DNA from: the human T2T-CHM13v2.0 reference genome, Homo sapiens
NCBI RefSeq assembly: GCF_009914755.1
Contig: NC_060927.1
DNA length: 64,000 nucleotides
Direction: 5' to 3' (one strand)
Shown piece by piece: positions 44,655 to 64,000 of the stretch. The stretch's first letter is position 1; each line of letters starts with the position of its first letter. The translations under genes and the position numbers were made by a program. The notes beneath the pieces are model-generated. The model did not search any database, was not told the origin of the DNA, and worked only from the letters and a program-made list of their open reading frames with translations.

Positions 44655-44957
44655 TTTTTTTTTTTTTTTTTGAGACGGAGTCTTGCTCTGTCGCCCAAGC
44701 TGGAGTGCAATGAATGGCGCGATCTCGGCTCACTGCAACCTCCGCCACCCGGGTTGAAGCAGTTCTCCCGCCTCAGCCTCCTGAGCAGGTGGGATTACAG
44801 GCGCCCACGACCACGCCCGGGTAATTTTTGTATTTTTAGTAGAGATGGGGTTTCACCAAGTTGGCCAGGCTGGTCTAGAACTCCTGACCTCAAGTGATCT
44901 GCCCGCCTCGGCCTCCTAAAGTGCTGGGATTACTGGCGTGAGCCACTGCGCCCGGCC
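44655..44957 (-). mobile_element. AluS abutting the GNAI2 promoter
   Basis: Alu antisense consensus. Confidence 0.95.
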
Positions 44958-45673
44958 TTTTTTTTTCCTTTTTCGACTAGCTGCAACCCAGAGGGAGAAG
45001 GCGGTAAACCCGCCTTAAGACTGAGAAAACCGCAGTCCAGAAAGGCTCCCGAGTTCGTAGATCCCAAAACAAGTTTACTGGACTCATTAACTTTAACAAA
45101 TGACAAAGACACGCCTCCTCCACCTAACTCGCCCAACTCGCAGAAGCTCAGAGGGCTGGTTCCTGCTCTGCCCTCGAGGGCACCGGATCCCCACCCTCGG
45201 GTTAACAGATCCGCCCTCCCGGCTGTCCAGCAACAGAGCTCCCGGCGCTCCGCACCCAATCACAGCCCGGTCCCGCCTGCAGCCCGCCCAGTGCCGGGTC
45301 CCGGGGTTTGGAACCACCCCTATTGCCTTTTCTCCGCGTGGCCCCGCCTGCAGCCCAGGCCCGAGCCTGGGCTGCGCCTAACTTCCCCCTTCGCTCCGCC
45401 CTCGAGCCAATCAACAGCCTCTAATCTCCTCTGGCCCCGCCTGCAAGCCCGCCCCGGCCCAGTCACAGGCTTGGTTCGCCCAGGCCCCACCCCCGGCCCG
45501 CCCCGCCGTCGGTGCGCGGCGGTAGGGAAGGCGCCTCCCGCAGTCGCTCGGAACTGCCGACCCGAGTGCTTCCCGCAGAGGGCTGGTGGTGGGAGCGGAG
45601 TGGGTCGGGCGGGGCCGAGCCGGGCCGTGGGCCGTGTGGGGGCCGGGCGGCGGCCGGGCCGGCGGACGGCGGG

Positions 45674-62519
<16,846 letters not shown>

Positions 62520-62797
62520 GTGAGTGCTCTGAGGGGCTGGGCAGGGCAGGGCAGGGGCTGGGGGAGGACTAAAGGCTGGACCGGAGGGCCTGAGAACCCC
62601 CAGAAGGACACTGCTGGTCTTTGCTTATGAAACCGATGACTGTTAACCAAGGCCTTCCTGTTTTTTGGTTTGGGGGGTGGGTGGGTGTCACGTTACTGAA
62701 AGGCCAGGAGGAATGACAGGCAGGTGGCTTATACAGTACATCTCTTCCAGGCCAGTTGAGTCTGATCTGTCTTGACAGTCTTCTAAAGAACATTTGC

Positions 62798-63161
<364 letters not shown>

Positions 63162-64000
63162 TTAGTGAAAAGGTAGAGGTGGAGTTGGCCCAGAGACAGG
63201 ATTGCTGAGCTCTGAAGGAGAGTCAGCCAGGGGAGGAGTGGATGAGGGGATTCCAGGCAGGGGCATAGCATGTGCAGCATCTCGGGGTGGTGGGGAGCTG
63301 GCTGTGCTTGAACATAGGCTGTGGAGGCTGGCTGGAGGGGGCCACAGGGGAGGAAGTTATCTGGGAGGTGACAGGTGTGTGTGTAGGTCAGAGCCCCTGG
63401 ACCTCAGCTGTGACCCTCGCTGGCCCTAGGCTGAGGAATTACAAGGGGTCCCAGGAATCCCAGAGGCATGACAAGCCTGCACCCTTTCCACAGTTCTGAA
63501 CTCCTTCCCTGTGGTATCTGTCATGTACTTGGACTGGTGCAGGGTGCTGAGGACCCCACGGGGAACAGGATAGACAGGCTAATAGCCATTGAGGATGGCT
63601 GCAGGGGACATCCACAGGCTTTGGATGGTGTCACCAGATAGGCTGCTGTCCCTGTACTCTAGCCTTCCCCTATCTCTGCTTAAGCCAATCCCCTCTGACT
63701 GGAACACCCTTTTGCTCCTATTGTTCATCCAATCCTGAGCCTACCCATAGGGTGGATTTCAGCAAGGGTGGGTGGGAGGAGGAGGAGGGTCTTGCCTGGC
63801 TGTGATTCCTGAGCCCTGTCCAAGCCACATGAACAGCCTCCTCCTACCCTTCTTACATGGCCTGAATGCTCTTGTGAATATGTACCCCCTACAGGAGCTG
63901 TGGAGTCACAGCCAAATGCTGTGGGGGCCCCCAGGCCTCACCACTGCCCCTCCCTGAGATCTCTGGCCCAGCCACCAGCGAGCTTGGGGTCAGAGCAGCA

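Noticed and set aside
44998-45016. Small inverted repeat AAGGCGG-TAAAC-CCGCCTT
   Set aside because: A 7-bp stem in GC-rich promoter DNA is expected by chance.
45512-45673. Stop-free in-frame region upstream of the GNAI2 ATG (possible non-AUG extension)
   Set aside because: Very GC-rich leaders often lack stops by chance, the GTG/CTG contexts are unremarkable, and an extension would block myristoylation. Ribo-seq would be needed.

Overview
Human-type (Alu-rich primate) genomic DNA, recognisable from gene order as the 3p21.3 GNAT1-SLC38A3-GNAI2 interval, all on the + strand. GNAT1 (rod transducin alpha) is complete: 8 coding exons join to 1053 nt (350 aa), plus a 3' non-coding exon. SLC38A3 (SNAT3/SN1 glutamine transporter) is complete: a non-coding exon 1 and 15 coding exons join to 1515 nt (504 aa). 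GNAI2 is present as its 5' half (exons 1-4) with at least two alternative phase-1 first exons. The MIR5787 hairpin lies in the upstream GNAI2 CpG island. The rest is about 30 Alus plus old L1/L2/MIR/LTR/DNA-transposon fragments. I see no new protein-coding system, and nearly all track ORFs outside the exons are Alu-derived or GC-rich noise. The best leads are RNA-level and regulatory: (1) MIR5787 sits inside a 77-nt GT..AG interval like a tailed mirtron; (2) alternative GNAI2 first exons remove the myristoylated N-terminus, and one lies in a GATA/RUNX/ETS motif cluster; (3) a pH-response-element-like AU motif overlaps the non-canonical SLC38A3 poly(A) signal; (4) a perfect inverted CRX/OTX site pair lies far downstream of GNAT1; (5) inverted Alus flank GNAI2 exons 2-4. 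Exon coordinates were read by hand from splice sites and confirmed by reading-frame arithmetic. Repeat boundaries and subfamilies are approximate.
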